DNA from: Pseudomonadota bacterium
Lineage (GTDB): Bacteria; Pseudomonadota; Alphaproteobacteria; Rhizobiales; CAJQND01
DNA length: 49,111 bases
Reading direction: 5' to 3'
Assembly (NCBI GenBank): GCA_039030315.1
Contig: JBCCEL010000002.1
Location: 1-49,111 of the forward strand
Shown: positions 36,728-45,239 of the stretch, piece by piece
Numbering within the stretch: the first letter of the stretch is position 1
Layout of the letters: each line of letters starts with the position of its first letter
The notes under the pieces: generated by a model
The model's database searches: none
What the model saw: the letters and a program-made list of their open reading frames with translations, nothing else
Told to the model about the DNA's origin: nothing
Position numbers and translations under genes: made by a program

Positions 36728-37438
36728 TCAGTTCAGGAACAACGAATTTGCGGGCTTTGCAGATTGCTTTTCCCAGAAGATCTGTACAGCGTAGATATGA
36801 TTGCCGATCTGGATGACCCCGGTTGAGACGTGACTGTAGTCCGGATTGATCAGGTTCCGCCGGTGGCCGCGGCTGCGCAGCCACTGTTCGAAAAGCCGCC
36901 GGGCCTTCCGCCGGTCGGCGGGACCCCTTTGACGGTCCCTGGCGGCGTTCTCTCCCCTCACCCCTTCAAACCCGGGCATGTAGGCCCGGAACCGGTCACC
37001 GAAGTCAAAACCAGCCTTTGTATGATGGCCGACGAAGTTCCCCAGGATCATTTCAGCAGCCTGCGCCCGCGCACCTTCTCTCTGCGCGTCCGATGAGGCA
37101 AGAGCCCGGCGGCCACTGCGACGGCGTTCAGCTGACGCCAGACGCGCCAGTTCGGCTTCCAGATCGGGGCGGACAATCGCGTTGTCTGGGAGCGAAGTCA
37201 TCAGCCGAGCGGCATAGGCCTTGTACCGGATATCCGCCCAGGCGCCGGTCTGACCGCAAATCAGCCCGGCCAGCAGCAGGCTGCAAACCACGAACCGGCG
37301 GCCGGTCCGCGCAAGACCCGGGAGGAGGTGTGACCTGATCGCCTCAATCAACGGGATTCTTGCTCCTCGACAATGAAAAACAGCTGCAATTTCTCCGCCC
37401 AATGTTAATTTTCGGAAAAGAGGCGAATGTAAGGACAA
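36728..37438 (-). CDS. CAP (SCP/PR1-like) domain exported protein
   Basis: C-terminal CAP motifs GHRRNLINPDYSHVSTGV. Hydrophobic signal-like segment RRFVVCSLLLAGLICGQTGAWA. The maximal ORF starts at TTG 37438. A TTG at 37351 preceded by GAGGAG is a likelier start. Confidence 0.65.
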   Translation of the reverse strand: MSLHSPLFRKLTLGGEIAAVFHCRGARIPLIEAIRSHLLPGLARTGRRFVVCSLLLAGLICGQTGAWADIRYKAYAARLMTSLPDNAIVRPDLEAELARLASAERRRSGRRALASSDAQREGARAQAAEMILGNFVGHHTKAGFDFGDRFRAYMPGFEGVRGENAARDRQRGPADRRKARRLFEQWLRSRGHRRNLINPDYSHVSTGVIQIGNHIYAVQIFWEKQSAKPANSLFLN

Positions 37439-37472
37439 GGCCGTTATCCGGCGCGGAACGAGGACATCTGCT

Positions 37473-37967
37473 TTGGCATCGCATCACGTATGTTTCTGGG
37501 GCGCCGTGACGGCTGCCGCACTGGCCGGGGCGCTTCCTGCATGGGCCGCGCCCGATCGCGGCTATCCGGTTGGCACGTTGAAGTGCCGGTTCACCGGATC
37601 GGATGCTGCCATTCATTTCGGGGCCAATCGCAACCTGTCATGCATCTTCCATCACAGGCGTGGAAGACGCAACGAGCGGTATTACGGCAACGTCAGGAAG
37701 TACGGCATCGAGGTCGGCATCATCGGCAAGCGGTGGCTGTCGTGGAAAGTGACGTCGACCCGGAAGCGGCGGCTTCGGCGCGGCGCACTGTCCGGCTCGT
37801 ATCACGGCGTCACGGCAGAGGCGAGCGTCGGCACCGGCTTCGCCGCGAACGTGCTGACCGGCGGTCCAAGAAAGAACATCTCCCTGACGCCGCTTGCCTT
37901 TCAGCGCCAGGAAGGACTGAATGTCGCGGCTGGACTGATGATCCTGACTCTCAAACGACGGCGCTAG
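37473..37967 (+). CDS. DUF992-like exported protein
   Basis: Signal peptide ...ALPAWAAP. Motifs GTLKCRF, LSCIF and GFAANVLTGG...GLNVAAGLMILTL match my memory of DUF992. TTG start with GAGGA 8 nt upstream. Confidence 0.65.
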   Translation: MASHHVCFWGAVTAAALAGALPAWAAPDRGYPVGTLKCRFTGSDAAIHFGANRNLSCIFHHRRGRRNERYYGNVRKYGIEVGIIGKRWLSWKVTSTRKRRLRRGALSGSYHGVTAEASVGTGFAANVLTGGPRKNISLTPLAFQRQEGLNVAAGLMILTLKRRR

Positions 37968-38421
37968 GCTTGATCGGCAGACCGCCATCGCGTTTCACTG
38001 TCTTGAGGACGATGTTGGAGCGCACCTGGTTGACTGCCTCGTTGGCAAGCAGCGTTTCGTTCACGAAATCAGAGAGCGCGTGCAGGGTCGGCACCGTGAC
38101 CTTTACCAGATAATCGGCATCACCGGTCATGGCGTGGGCTTCCTGAACTTCGTCGAGCCGCTCCAGAAAGGCATGGAACGATTCCGATGTGCGGCGGGAA
38201 TGCCGTTCGAGCGTGATGCTGATGAACACCGTCACGTCGAGGCCGAGCGCTTCGGGATCGAGCCTTGCGCGGTAGCCCTCGATGACCCCGTCCCGTTCAA
38301 GCTGAGCGCGCCGGCGCGAGCACTGGGATGCGGACAACCCGGCCACATCCGCAAGCTCCTGATTGCTTGCCGCTCCGTCCGACTGGAGCTTCGCCAGTAT
38401 CTTTCTATCGAATGTATCCAT
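37951..38421 (-). CDS. Lrp/AsnC family transcriptional regulator
   Basis: 156 aa: MDTFDRKILAKLQSDGAASNQELADVAGLSASQCSRRRAQLERDGVI... The 434-aa ORF in the track is this gene plus an antisense extension over hppD. Confidence 0.85.
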   Translation of the reverse strand: MDTFDRKILAKLQSDGAASNQELADVAGLSASQCSRRRAQLERDGVIEGYRARLDPEALGLDVTVFISITLERHSRRTSESFHAFLERLDEVQEAHAMTGDADYLVKVTVPTLHALSDFVNETLLANEAVNQVRSNIVLKTVKRDGGLPIKPSAVV

Positions 38422-38451
38422 GATGCACGAAACATGCATTTTTCTCAAAGA

Positions 38452-38468
38452 TGCGCAATGCTTGCGCA
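38452..38468. promoter_or_regulatory. perfect inverted repeat TGCGCAA-N3-TTGCGCA in the lrp/hppD divergent region (candidate operator)
   Basis: Read directly from the sequence. Lies 31 nt upstream of the lrp ATG and 89 nt upstream of the hppD ATG. Confidence 0.35.
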
Positions 38469-38556
38469 CGAAAATACTGTAACCACCCCGCACTATGCAC
38501 ACCTCCCGCACGTTGTTCGTGGCAGGTTCGGCCCGCATTTCAACAGGAGAAACTCG

Positions 38557-39669
38557 ATGGGTCCGTTTCCACACAACTCCGCGCCGGCAGAAATCAGCAA
38601 GGACAATCCTGCGGGGACCGACGGCTTTGAGTTCGTCGAGTTCGCTCATCCCGACCCTGTGGCCCTTTCTGCACTCTTTGAGCAGATGGGCTTCAGCGCG
38701 GTTGCCCGGCACCGCTCCAAGAATGTGACGCTGTTCCGGCAGGGCGACGTCAATTACATCGTGAACGCAGAACCGGATTCGTTTGCCCAGGAGTTTGCCC
38801 GTAAACACGGTCCCTGTGCCTGTGCCATGGCCTGGCGGGTCGCCGATGCGGCCCATGCCTATGAGCGGGCCCTTTCTCTTGGCGCAAAGCCGGCGCGGAC
38901 GACGGCAGGTCCGATGGAGCTCAACATTCCGGCTATCGAGGGTATCGGCGGCAGCCTCATCTATTTTGTGGACCGGTATGGCGAGTCCGGCTCGATCTAC
39001 GACGTGGATTTCGAGTGGATCAAAGGTGCAGAGGCCAGGCCGCACGGCGCCGGCCTCTTCTACATCGACCATCTCACGCACAATGTGCACCGCGGCCGGA
39101 TGGACGATTGGACCGGGTTCTACAAGCGTCTCTTCAATTTCCGGCAGATCCGCTTCTTCGACATCGAGGGCCGGGTCTCCGGCCTGTTCTCCCGCGCTCT
39201 CACGAGTCCGTGCGGCAAGATTCGGATTCCAATCAATGAATCCGCCGACGATCACAGCCAGATCGAAGAGTATCTTTCAGCGTATAACGGCGAAGGCATT
39301 CAGCACATCGCCTGTGGCAGCGGCGACATCTATGCAACCGTTGAGCATCTGCGCACAGGGGGCCTTGAGTTCATGCCCGCGCCGCCGGACACATATTATG
39401 CAAATGTCGAGGCGCGCTTGCCCGGGCACGGCGAACCGCTGGAACGCATGAAAACGAACGGCATCCTCGTGGACGGCGAGGGCGTGGTTGAGGGCGGTCA
39501 GACCAGGGTGCTGCTGCAAATTTTCTCCAGGACCGTGATCGGCCCGATATTTTTCGAATTCATACAGCGCAAGGGCGACGAAGGCTTTGGCGAAGGCAAC
39601 TTCAAGGCGCTGTTCGAAAGCATCGAAGAAGACCAGATCAGGCGCGGCGTCCTGAGGGAAGCCAGCTAG
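38557..39669 (+). CDS. hppD: 4-hydroxyphenylpyruvate dioxygenase
   Basis: 370 aa. ATG preceded by AGGAGA. Motifs GTDGFEFVEF, IDHLTHNV, GIQHIA and FFEFIQRKGDEGFGEGNFKALFESIE. Confidence 0.9.
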   Translation: MGPFPHNSAPAEISKDNPAGTDGFEFVEFAHPDPVALSALFEQMGFSAVARHRSKNVTLFRQGDVNYIVNAEPDSFAQEFARKHGPCACAMAWRVADAAHAYERALSLGAKPARTTAGPMELNIPAIEGIGGSLIYFVDRYGESGSIYDVDFEWIKGAEARPHGAGLFYIDHLTHNVHRGRMDDWTGFYKRLFNFRQIRFFDIEGRVSGLFSRALTSPCGKIRIPINESADDHSQIEEYLSAYNGEGIQHIACGSGDIYATVEHLRTGGLEFMPAPPDTYYANVEARLPGHGEPLERMKTNGILVDGEGVVEGGQTRVLLQIFSRTVIGPIFFEFIQRKGDEGFGEGNFKALFESIEEDQIRRGVLREAS

Positions 39670-40361
39670 AAGTCAAGATCCGCATAGGTTCTCGGCGGCG
39701 GCATGCCCCTGATGTGGTCGGCCAGGAGCGGGCGGAAAGACGGGCGTGACTTGATCCGCACATACCAGTCCTTTGCGGCGGTGTTTTCGCTCCAGGGCAC
39801 ATCGCCGAGATAGTCAATGCAGGACAGCTGAGCGGCCGCCGCCAGGTCCGCAAGGCTCAACTCGTCACCGGCCAGCCAGTTGCGTTTTTCCACCAGCGCG
39901 CCGATCAGCGCGAGATGGGGCCGGATATTCTGCAGACCGGCACGAACGGCAACCATGTTCGGCGCACCGCCACCTTCCTCTGGCTTGGCAAAGCGGCGCT
40001 GGATCTTCTCCGTCAGGATGGGCCTGCTGACTTCGCGGTAGAACCGCGTATCGAACCAGGCCACCAGGCGCCGGACTTCGGCCCGCTGCAAGGGCTCGGC
40101 GCCAAGCAGTCCGCCCTGGCTTTGGCCGGGCGGCGCGGTCTCTTCAATATACTCCCCGATTGCCTCCGCGCCGGTCACTGTTGCTCCGCCATCCTCCAGA
40201 AGAATCGGCAGAATGCCCGTCGGGTTCAGATCCAGAAAGGTCCGGCCCGGCGCCCAGGGCTGTTCTTCTGCAAGTTCCGCCGCGATATCGTGCTCGCCGA
40301 GCGAAAGCCGTACACGCCGGGAAAACGGGTCGAGGGGATAATGATAGAGCGTCGGCATCAA
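39666..40361 (-). CDS. glutathione S-transferase family protein
   Basis: 231 aa. N-terminal thioredoxin-like part YHYPLDPFSRRVRLSL...LNPTGILPIL and a helical C-terminal domain, ending YADLDF. Confidence 0.8.
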   Translation of the reverse strand: MMPTLYHYPLDPFSRRVRLSLGEHDIAAELAEEQPWAPGRTFLDLNPTGILPILLEDGGATVTGAEAIGEYIEETAPPGQSQGGLLGAEPLQRAEVRRLVAWFDTRFYREVSRPILTEKIQRRFAKPEEGGGAPNMVAVRAGLQNIRPHLALIGALVEKRNWLAGDELSLADLAAAAQLSCIDYLGDVPWSENTAAKDWYVRIKSRPSFRPLLADHIRGMPPPRTYADLDF

Positions 40362-40376
40362 ACGATTTTGCCCAAT

Positions 40377-40405
40377 TTGATTGCATTAGACAGCGTCTGC
40401 TATCT
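40377..40405 (+). promoter_or_regulatory. candidate sigma-70 promoter upstream of uppP
   Basis: TTGATT (40377-40382), 17 nt spacer, CTATCT (40400-40405). This would give a leader of about 115 nt. Confidence 0.3.
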
Positions 40406-40527
40406 AAAATTGAAAAAACGAATCACTTCACCCTGCACTATGCGCAGACTCGACGGTCCGATATAGAAGCGCTCGCACTCCGAACTCAAGCCTCTTCCCC
40501 AGCCTTTCCGCTCCGAAAGCCCCGCCA

Positions 40528-41337
40528 TTGTCCATTGAGCAAATATTCGTTCTCGCCATACTACAGGGCATCACAGAGTTCCTGCCAATTTCCTCGTCTG
40601 GCCATCTCATCCTTCTGCCCATCCTGACCGGCTGGAAAGACCAGGGCCTCGTTACCGACGTGATGGTTCATATGGGCTCTTTCGTGGCGGTGGTGGCCTA
40701 TTTCTGGCGCGATGTTCTCGATCTTCTGCATGGTGCACTGGATTTGCTGCGACGGGAATGGACGGTAAACGCCAAGAAGACACTCTACATCATTCTGGCG
40801 ACCATCCCCGCCGTGATCTTCGGCCTCATCGTGAAGCTCACCGGCCTCATCGACATGGTCCGGGGCGCCGAGATCGTTGCCTGGAACGCCATCATATTCG
40901 GCATCCTGCTCTACCTGGCTGACAGGTATGGGCCACGCGAACAGGTCATGGAGGACATCACACTCCGCACCGCCATGCTCATTGGCGTCGCCCAGGCCAT
41001 CGCCATCATTCCAGGCACCAGCCGGTCCGGCATCACCATGACCGCCGGCCGGGCGCTTGGCATGACCCGGCCAGAGGCTGCGCGTTTTTCCTTTCTCCTG
41101 GGGCTGCCGGCCATCGCGGCGGCGGGCGTGCTCGTGCTGAGCGAAGCCATTGCGGAGGGCCAGACCATTTCCTCGGACGCCTGGCTTGCGGCCCTGCTCA
41201 CGTTCTTCGCGGCTCTCGGAGCGATCGCCTTCCTGATGGCACTGGTCAAGCGCATGAGCTTTGTGCCATTCGTGCTCTACCGGCTTGCACTGGGCGTTCT
41301 ACTTCTCTGGCTGATCTGGACCGGCGTGATTGTCTGA
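40528..41337 (+). CDS. uppP: undecaprenyl-diphosphate phosphatase
   Basis: 269 aa with a TTG start. Motifs GITEFLPISSSGH and IIPGTSRSGITM. Multiple TM helices. Confidence 0.9.
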   Translation: MSIEQIFVLAILQGITEFLPISSSGHLILLPILTGWKDQGLVTDVMVHMGSFVAVVAYFWRDVLDLLHGALDLLRREWTVNAKKTLYIILATIPAVIFGLIVKLTGLIDMVRGAEIVAWNAIIFGILLYLADRYGPREQVMEDITLRTAMLIGVAQAIAIIPGTSRSGITMTAGRALGMTRPEAARFSFLLGLPAIAAAGVLVLSEAIAEGQTISSDAWLAALLTFFAALGAIAFLMALVKRMSFVPFVLYRLALGVLLLWLIWTGVIV

Positions 41338-42627
41338 CGCGGCCGATTGGCGCGAAGCGGTGCTGCGGGCGGTCTCAAGTTCAGCTCGCAGCGCCTCGTT
41401 TTCGGCAGCCTGCCGCTTGACATGCTCACTCAGAAGCTCAATGGACCGCGCCTGGGATTCCAGCTTTCGTTCCAGCCTGGCGGTCGCGGCCGGATCACCG
41501 TTGCCTGAGGCGGATGCGGTTTCACCGATCTGCGGGGTCTCGTTGATCATGGACAGCATCAGCGGCCAGACCTGCATCAGGCTGTCATAGCCGACCGGCT
41601 TGCGGCGCTTTTCCATCTCTTCCTTGTAGATCAGCCGCAGGGGATTGAAGGCCGCATAGCCCTCCCGCCTGCACAGCCGGTCGAAACAGAAATCGAAATA
41701 TTCCTGAGAACAGGCCATCGCGCCCAGATCGATCAGGTGGCTGCTGTCGCCGTTATGGCGGGACAAGCGCTTGTTGAAGAAACTGAAGTCGCGCCGCTTC
41801 AAGCCGATGAGATAGCGCTTGTAGTCGGCTGAATCGTTCATCCGGTCCTCGCGGGCGATTTCCCGGGCCACAAACTCCTTGAAGTTGGACAGGAACTTGA
41901 AGTGCGCCAGGCTGCCCGTTACGTCCGCGAGCCGGACGGGGGTGCAGGAATGGGTGGAGTGGTTGTAGCGGAAGCCCGGCTCCCAGTAGACCAGCGGAAT
42001 CTTCTTCATCGCCGGACCGTTCCTTGAGACCCAGAACCTCCGGGGCCGCGGGCCGCCGTGCACCTGAACATGGGGAAAAAGCTGGGCGGGCCTGACCCTG
42101 TAGCTCGAAGGGGCATCAAAGTGATCGCAGACATCGAAAATGGACCTGCCTTCACTGTATTCCGCGTCGGCGAGCGGGCCTGGATTGTAATAGTCGTGCA
42201 TCAGGCAGAAGAGCGCCTGGTAGTTCCTGTCCTCCAGATACTCGCACAGCAGCGGCAAACCGACATGCTCGCTGTAGGGGTAGATCAGAAACTCGTCGGT
42301 ATCGACGGTCAGACACCAGCTGCCGGCGCCGTAAGTCTCGCAGAGATTGCTTGTCCAGATACGGCCGGCATAGCTCTCGCGGTAGGACTGGCGGGTGTGA
42401 AAGAGATGGACGTCGCGCTGACCCTTCAGATAGCCGGTGCTGCCGTCGGTGCTGTTGTTGTCTACGGCGAAGAACTCCCTGGCCCCGAGCTTGCGGTAGT
42501 AGGCCAGGAACTCTTCCAGCCGGATGCGTTCGTTGTAGAGGCAAAAGAAGACCTTCACGCCCCCTTTGCGCTTCTTTCGTGTGGTGATTTCCGAGAGCTG
42601 CGGCAGCAGCCCGGTTGCTTTCGCCAT
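41299..42627 (-). CDS. glycosyltransferase family 2-like protein with C-terminal coiled coil
   Basis: FFCLYNERIRLEEFLAYYRKLGAREFFAVDNNSTDGS...TVDTDEF (DxD). C-terminal heptad-like segment ARLERKLESQARSIELLSEHVKRQAAENEALRAELE. Likely ATG at 42627; the ORF extends to 42696. Confidence 0.65.
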   Translation of the reverse strand: MAKATGLLPQLSEITTRKKRKGGVKVFFCLYNERIRLEEFLAYYRKLGAREFFAVDNNSTDGSTGYLKGQRDVHLFHTRQSYRESYAGRIWTSNLCETYGAGSWCLTVDTDEFLIYPYSEHVGLPLLCEYLEDRNYQALFCLMHDYYNPGPLADAEYSEGRSIFDVCDHFDAPSSYRVRPAQLFPHVQVHGGPRPRRFWVSRNGPAMKKIPLVYWEPGFRYNHSTHSCTPVRLADVTGSLAHFKFLSNFKEFVAREIAREDRMNDSADYKRYLIGLKRRDFSFFNKRLSRHNGDSSHLIDLGAMACSQEYFDFCFDRLCRREGYAAFNPLRLIYKEEMEKRRKPVGYDSLMQVWPLMLSMINETPQIGETASASGNGDPAATARLERKLESQARSIELLSEHVKRQAAENEALRAELETARSTASRQSAASDNHAGPDQPEK

Positions 42628-42827
42628 GAGGTCCCCCGACGGACACGGCGGCGGCCGCAGGCAGGCTAGTCCAGACCCGCAAACCCCGGATGACACCTAA
42701 CTTGCCGCATTCCAGGTGCCCCATCAAGCGCCGCGGTGGGCAGGGCCAAGTTGAGAATTCAGGGCTTGCCGCACCTCAGGGGTCTTCCTATCGTCATGGC
42801 AGTCTGTAGCCGGAGCACCCCTTTGCG

Positions 42828-43856
42828 TTGAGCGAGCATTCCACAACACCGAAACTCAACTTTTTTGCAGGGGCTACGGAGGACAGGCCGGCTCTGGCGT
42901 CCATGCTCATGGTCGGCTCACTGTTCATGCTGTCCTTCCAGGATTCCATGGTGAAGTATGCCAGCCAATCGATCTCGCTCTGGCAGTTTCAGTGTCTTAG
43001 ATCCTTTATGAACCTCCTGCTCCTGCTTGTGCTGACCCGAATCATCTGGGGGGCCGGAGCATGGCCGAACCCGAAGCGGCTCTGGGCCGTTGTCCTCAGA
43101 AGCATCACGCTCGTGCTGGCGATGGTTTTCTTCTTCGGCGGCGTCGCGTCCCTGAAGCTGGCGGATATCGCAGCCGGCCTCTACACCTTCCCGCTTTTCG
43201 TCGCCGTCCTGAGTGTCCTGTTCCTGGGGGAGCGCGTCGGCATCCAGCGAACCCTCGCCATCGTCCTCGGCTTTGTCGGTACGGTCCTTATTCTCAAGCC
43301 CGGATCGGACGGTTTCACGCTGGTAAGCCTGATGCCGGTCGGGGCCGGCGTTGCCTATGCGTGCACCGTTCTGATCACACGAAAATTCTGCCGGGAAGAA
43401 TCGCCCGTGACCCTGGCATACGGCGTGGCCATCGTCTTTATCATGGCCGGGATGATGGGCGTCACGGTCTTCTCTTTCGAGCCTTTCCCGGCACTAGCAA
43501 AAGAATGGCCCTACCTCTTCACCGGCTGGCGGCCGCTCTCGCTCTTCGTCCTGTCACTGGTGGCACTCTGCTCGCTCATCAACCTCATCTCGAACATATG
43601 CCTCGCCAAGGCCTATCAGACCGCCGAGGTGAGCTGGCTGGCCCCATTCGATTACAGCTATCTCGTTTTCGCGGCGTTCTGGGGCTACGTCATGTGGGAT
43701 CAGGTGCCGGACGGTTACTCCATCCTCGGGATGGCTCTGATCGCCGGCTCGGGCGTTTTCGTCGCCTGGCGTGAAAAGAACCTGAAAGGCATTGAGGCGG
43801 TGCGGTTCAAGCAGCGCTGGCGCTCGTTAGCCCGGGTGCTGTTCGACCCGATCTGA
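42828..43856 (+). CDS. DMT superfamily (EamA-like) transporter
   Basis: About 10 hydrophobic helices in two EamA-like halves. Start uncertain (TTG 42828 or a downstream ATG). Confidence 0.8.
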   Translation: MSEHSTTPKLNFFAGATEDRPALASMLMVGSLFMLSFQDSMVKYASQSISLWQFQCLRSFMNLLLLLVLTRIIWGAGAWPNPKRLWAVVLRSITLVLAMVFFFGGVASLKLADIAAGLYTFPLFVAVLSVLFLGERVGIQRTLAIVLGFVGTVLILKPGSDGFTLVSLMPVGAGVAYACTVLITRKFCREESPVTLAYGVAIVFIMAGMMGVTVFSFEPFPALAKEWPYLFTGWRPLSLFVLSLVALCSLINLISNICLAKAYQTAEVSWLAPFDYSYLVFAAFWGYVMWDQVPDGYSILGMALIAGSGVFVAWREKNLKGIEAVRFKQRWRSLARVLFDPI

Positions 43857-43864
43857 GACCGCCG

Positions 43865-44452
43865 TCAGGCCGCGAGAGCCCGTTCCACCCAGTCCAGACG
43901 ATCCTGGCCAAAATGCAGCGCGCCGTCGACGATCATCGACGGGACGCCGAACAGGCCGTGCGAGACGGCTTCCTCCGTCGCCGCGATGAGCTGTTGCTTG
44001 ATCTGCGGCTGCTGGACCGCGTCGAAAACCTCAGACGCATCGAACCCACCCTCGGTCAGGACCTCGGCAACAACCTCAGGCGTGTTCATGTCCTTCTCAT
44101 GGGCCCAGATGGCTTCGAACATGACCTGGTCGTACTTTTCCAGTTCGCCCTGCTCGCGCGCCCACATGGCGCCGCGCATGAGCGGCAGGGTGTTGATGAT
44201 GAAATAGGGATTCTTCTTGAAGGGCACGTCGAAGAAGGCGGCATGACGTGCCAGATCGACGAACATCCATTCGCCCTTCGCCTTGACATTGACCGGTGTC
44301 TGGTTGCCGCTGGCCTTGAAGATGCCGCCGAGCAGAACGGGCTTGCGCACCAATTCGGCCCCGTGCTCCGCGCAGATCCCGGGCAACCTGGCCCAGGCGA
44401 TATATGCGGCGGGGCTGCCATAGTCATAGAAGAACTCAACCTGTTTGCTCAT
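43865..44452 (-). CDS. 2-hydroxychromene-2-carboxylate isomerase / DsbA-like (kappa-GST type) protein
   Basis: 195 aa. FFYDYGSPAAY shows the Ser-type active site of the HCCA isomerase family. C-terminus FGVPSMIVDG..FGQDRL. Confidence 0.8.
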   Translation of the reverse strand: MSKQVEFFYDYGSPAAYIAWARLPGICAEHGAELVRKPVLLGGIFKASGNQTPVNVKAKGEWMFVDLARHAAFFDVPFKKNPYFIINTLPLMRGAMWAREQGELEKYDQVMFEAIWAHEKDMNTPEVVAEVLTEGGFDASEVFDAVQQPQIKQQLIAATEEAVSHGLFGVPSMIVDGALHFGQDRLDWVERALAA

Positions 44453-44463
44453 CGGTCTGTTCC

Positions 44464-45198
44464 TTACCAGGGTTCCACATAAGGCCGCAGATCCAGCTCG
44501 AAGGTCCAGGCCGAACGCGGTTGCACATGGATGTTCCAGAAGTTTTCCGCAAGATGATCGGGCTGCATGATGCCGTCCTCCGGCCGCGTTTCAAACCACT
44601 CGGGAAAGCGCTCGCGGGTGTGGTCATTGTCTATCGCGCCATCGACGATGATATGAGCGACATGGACGCCTTGAGGACCAAGCTCCCGCGCCATGCTTTG
44701 CGCCAGCGCCCTCTTGGCCTGTTTCGCACCGGAAAACGCCGCAAAACCGGACTTCCCCCGCACGCTGGCCGACGCACCGGTGAAGATGATCGTACCGCGC
44801 CCGCGTTCCAGCATGCACCGCGCCACCTCGCGGCCGACGAGAAAGGCCCCGAACGCACTCATCTCCCAGACCTTGCGGTAAACCCGTGAGGTTGTCTCGG
44901 TTATCGGGAAACTGACATTGGCCCCGATGTTGTAGATGCACGCTTCGATCGGACCGATATCGGATTCGACCTGTCCGACAAGCCGGACGACCTGCTCTTC
45001 ATCCCGTGCGTCGGAATGAAGAGCGGTTGCACGACCGCCCGCCGCCTCGATATCAGACTTCAAGCCGTCCAGGTCGCCGCGCCGCCTCGTTGCGACCACG
45101 TGGTATCCTTCCCGGGCGAAGCGTCTGGCGATCGCTGCGCCCAGGAAATCACCCGCCCCGACGATCAGGGCAACAGGAGTGTCCCGCTCCGAGCCCAC
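44464..45198 (-). CDS. SDR family oxidoreductase (atypical active-site motif)
   Basis: Rossmann motif VGAGDFLGAAIARRF. The usual YxxxK position reads FSGAK. Confidence 0.8.
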   Translation of the reverse strand: MGSERDTPVALIVGAGDFLGAAIARRFAREGYHVVATRRRGDLDGLKSDIEAAGGRATALHSDARDEEQVVRLVGQVESDIGPIEACIYNIGANVSFPITETTSRVYRKVWEMSAFGAFLVGREVARCMLERGRGTIIFTGASASVRGKSGFAAFSGAKQAKRALAQSMARELGPQGVHVAHIIVDGAIDNDHTRERFPEWFETRPEDGIMQPDHLAENFWNIHVQPRSAWTFELDLRPYVEPW

Positions 45199-45239
45199 AG
45201 CTGTCCTCCCTCAGGACAGGCCCACGGGACCGCACGGTA

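Noticed and set aside
38422-39255. Upstream 278 codons of the 434-aa minus-strand ORF 37951-39255
   Set aside because: Only the last 156 codons (from ATG 38421) match an Lrp/AsnC regulator. The remainder crosses the intergenic palindrome and runs antisense to hppD.
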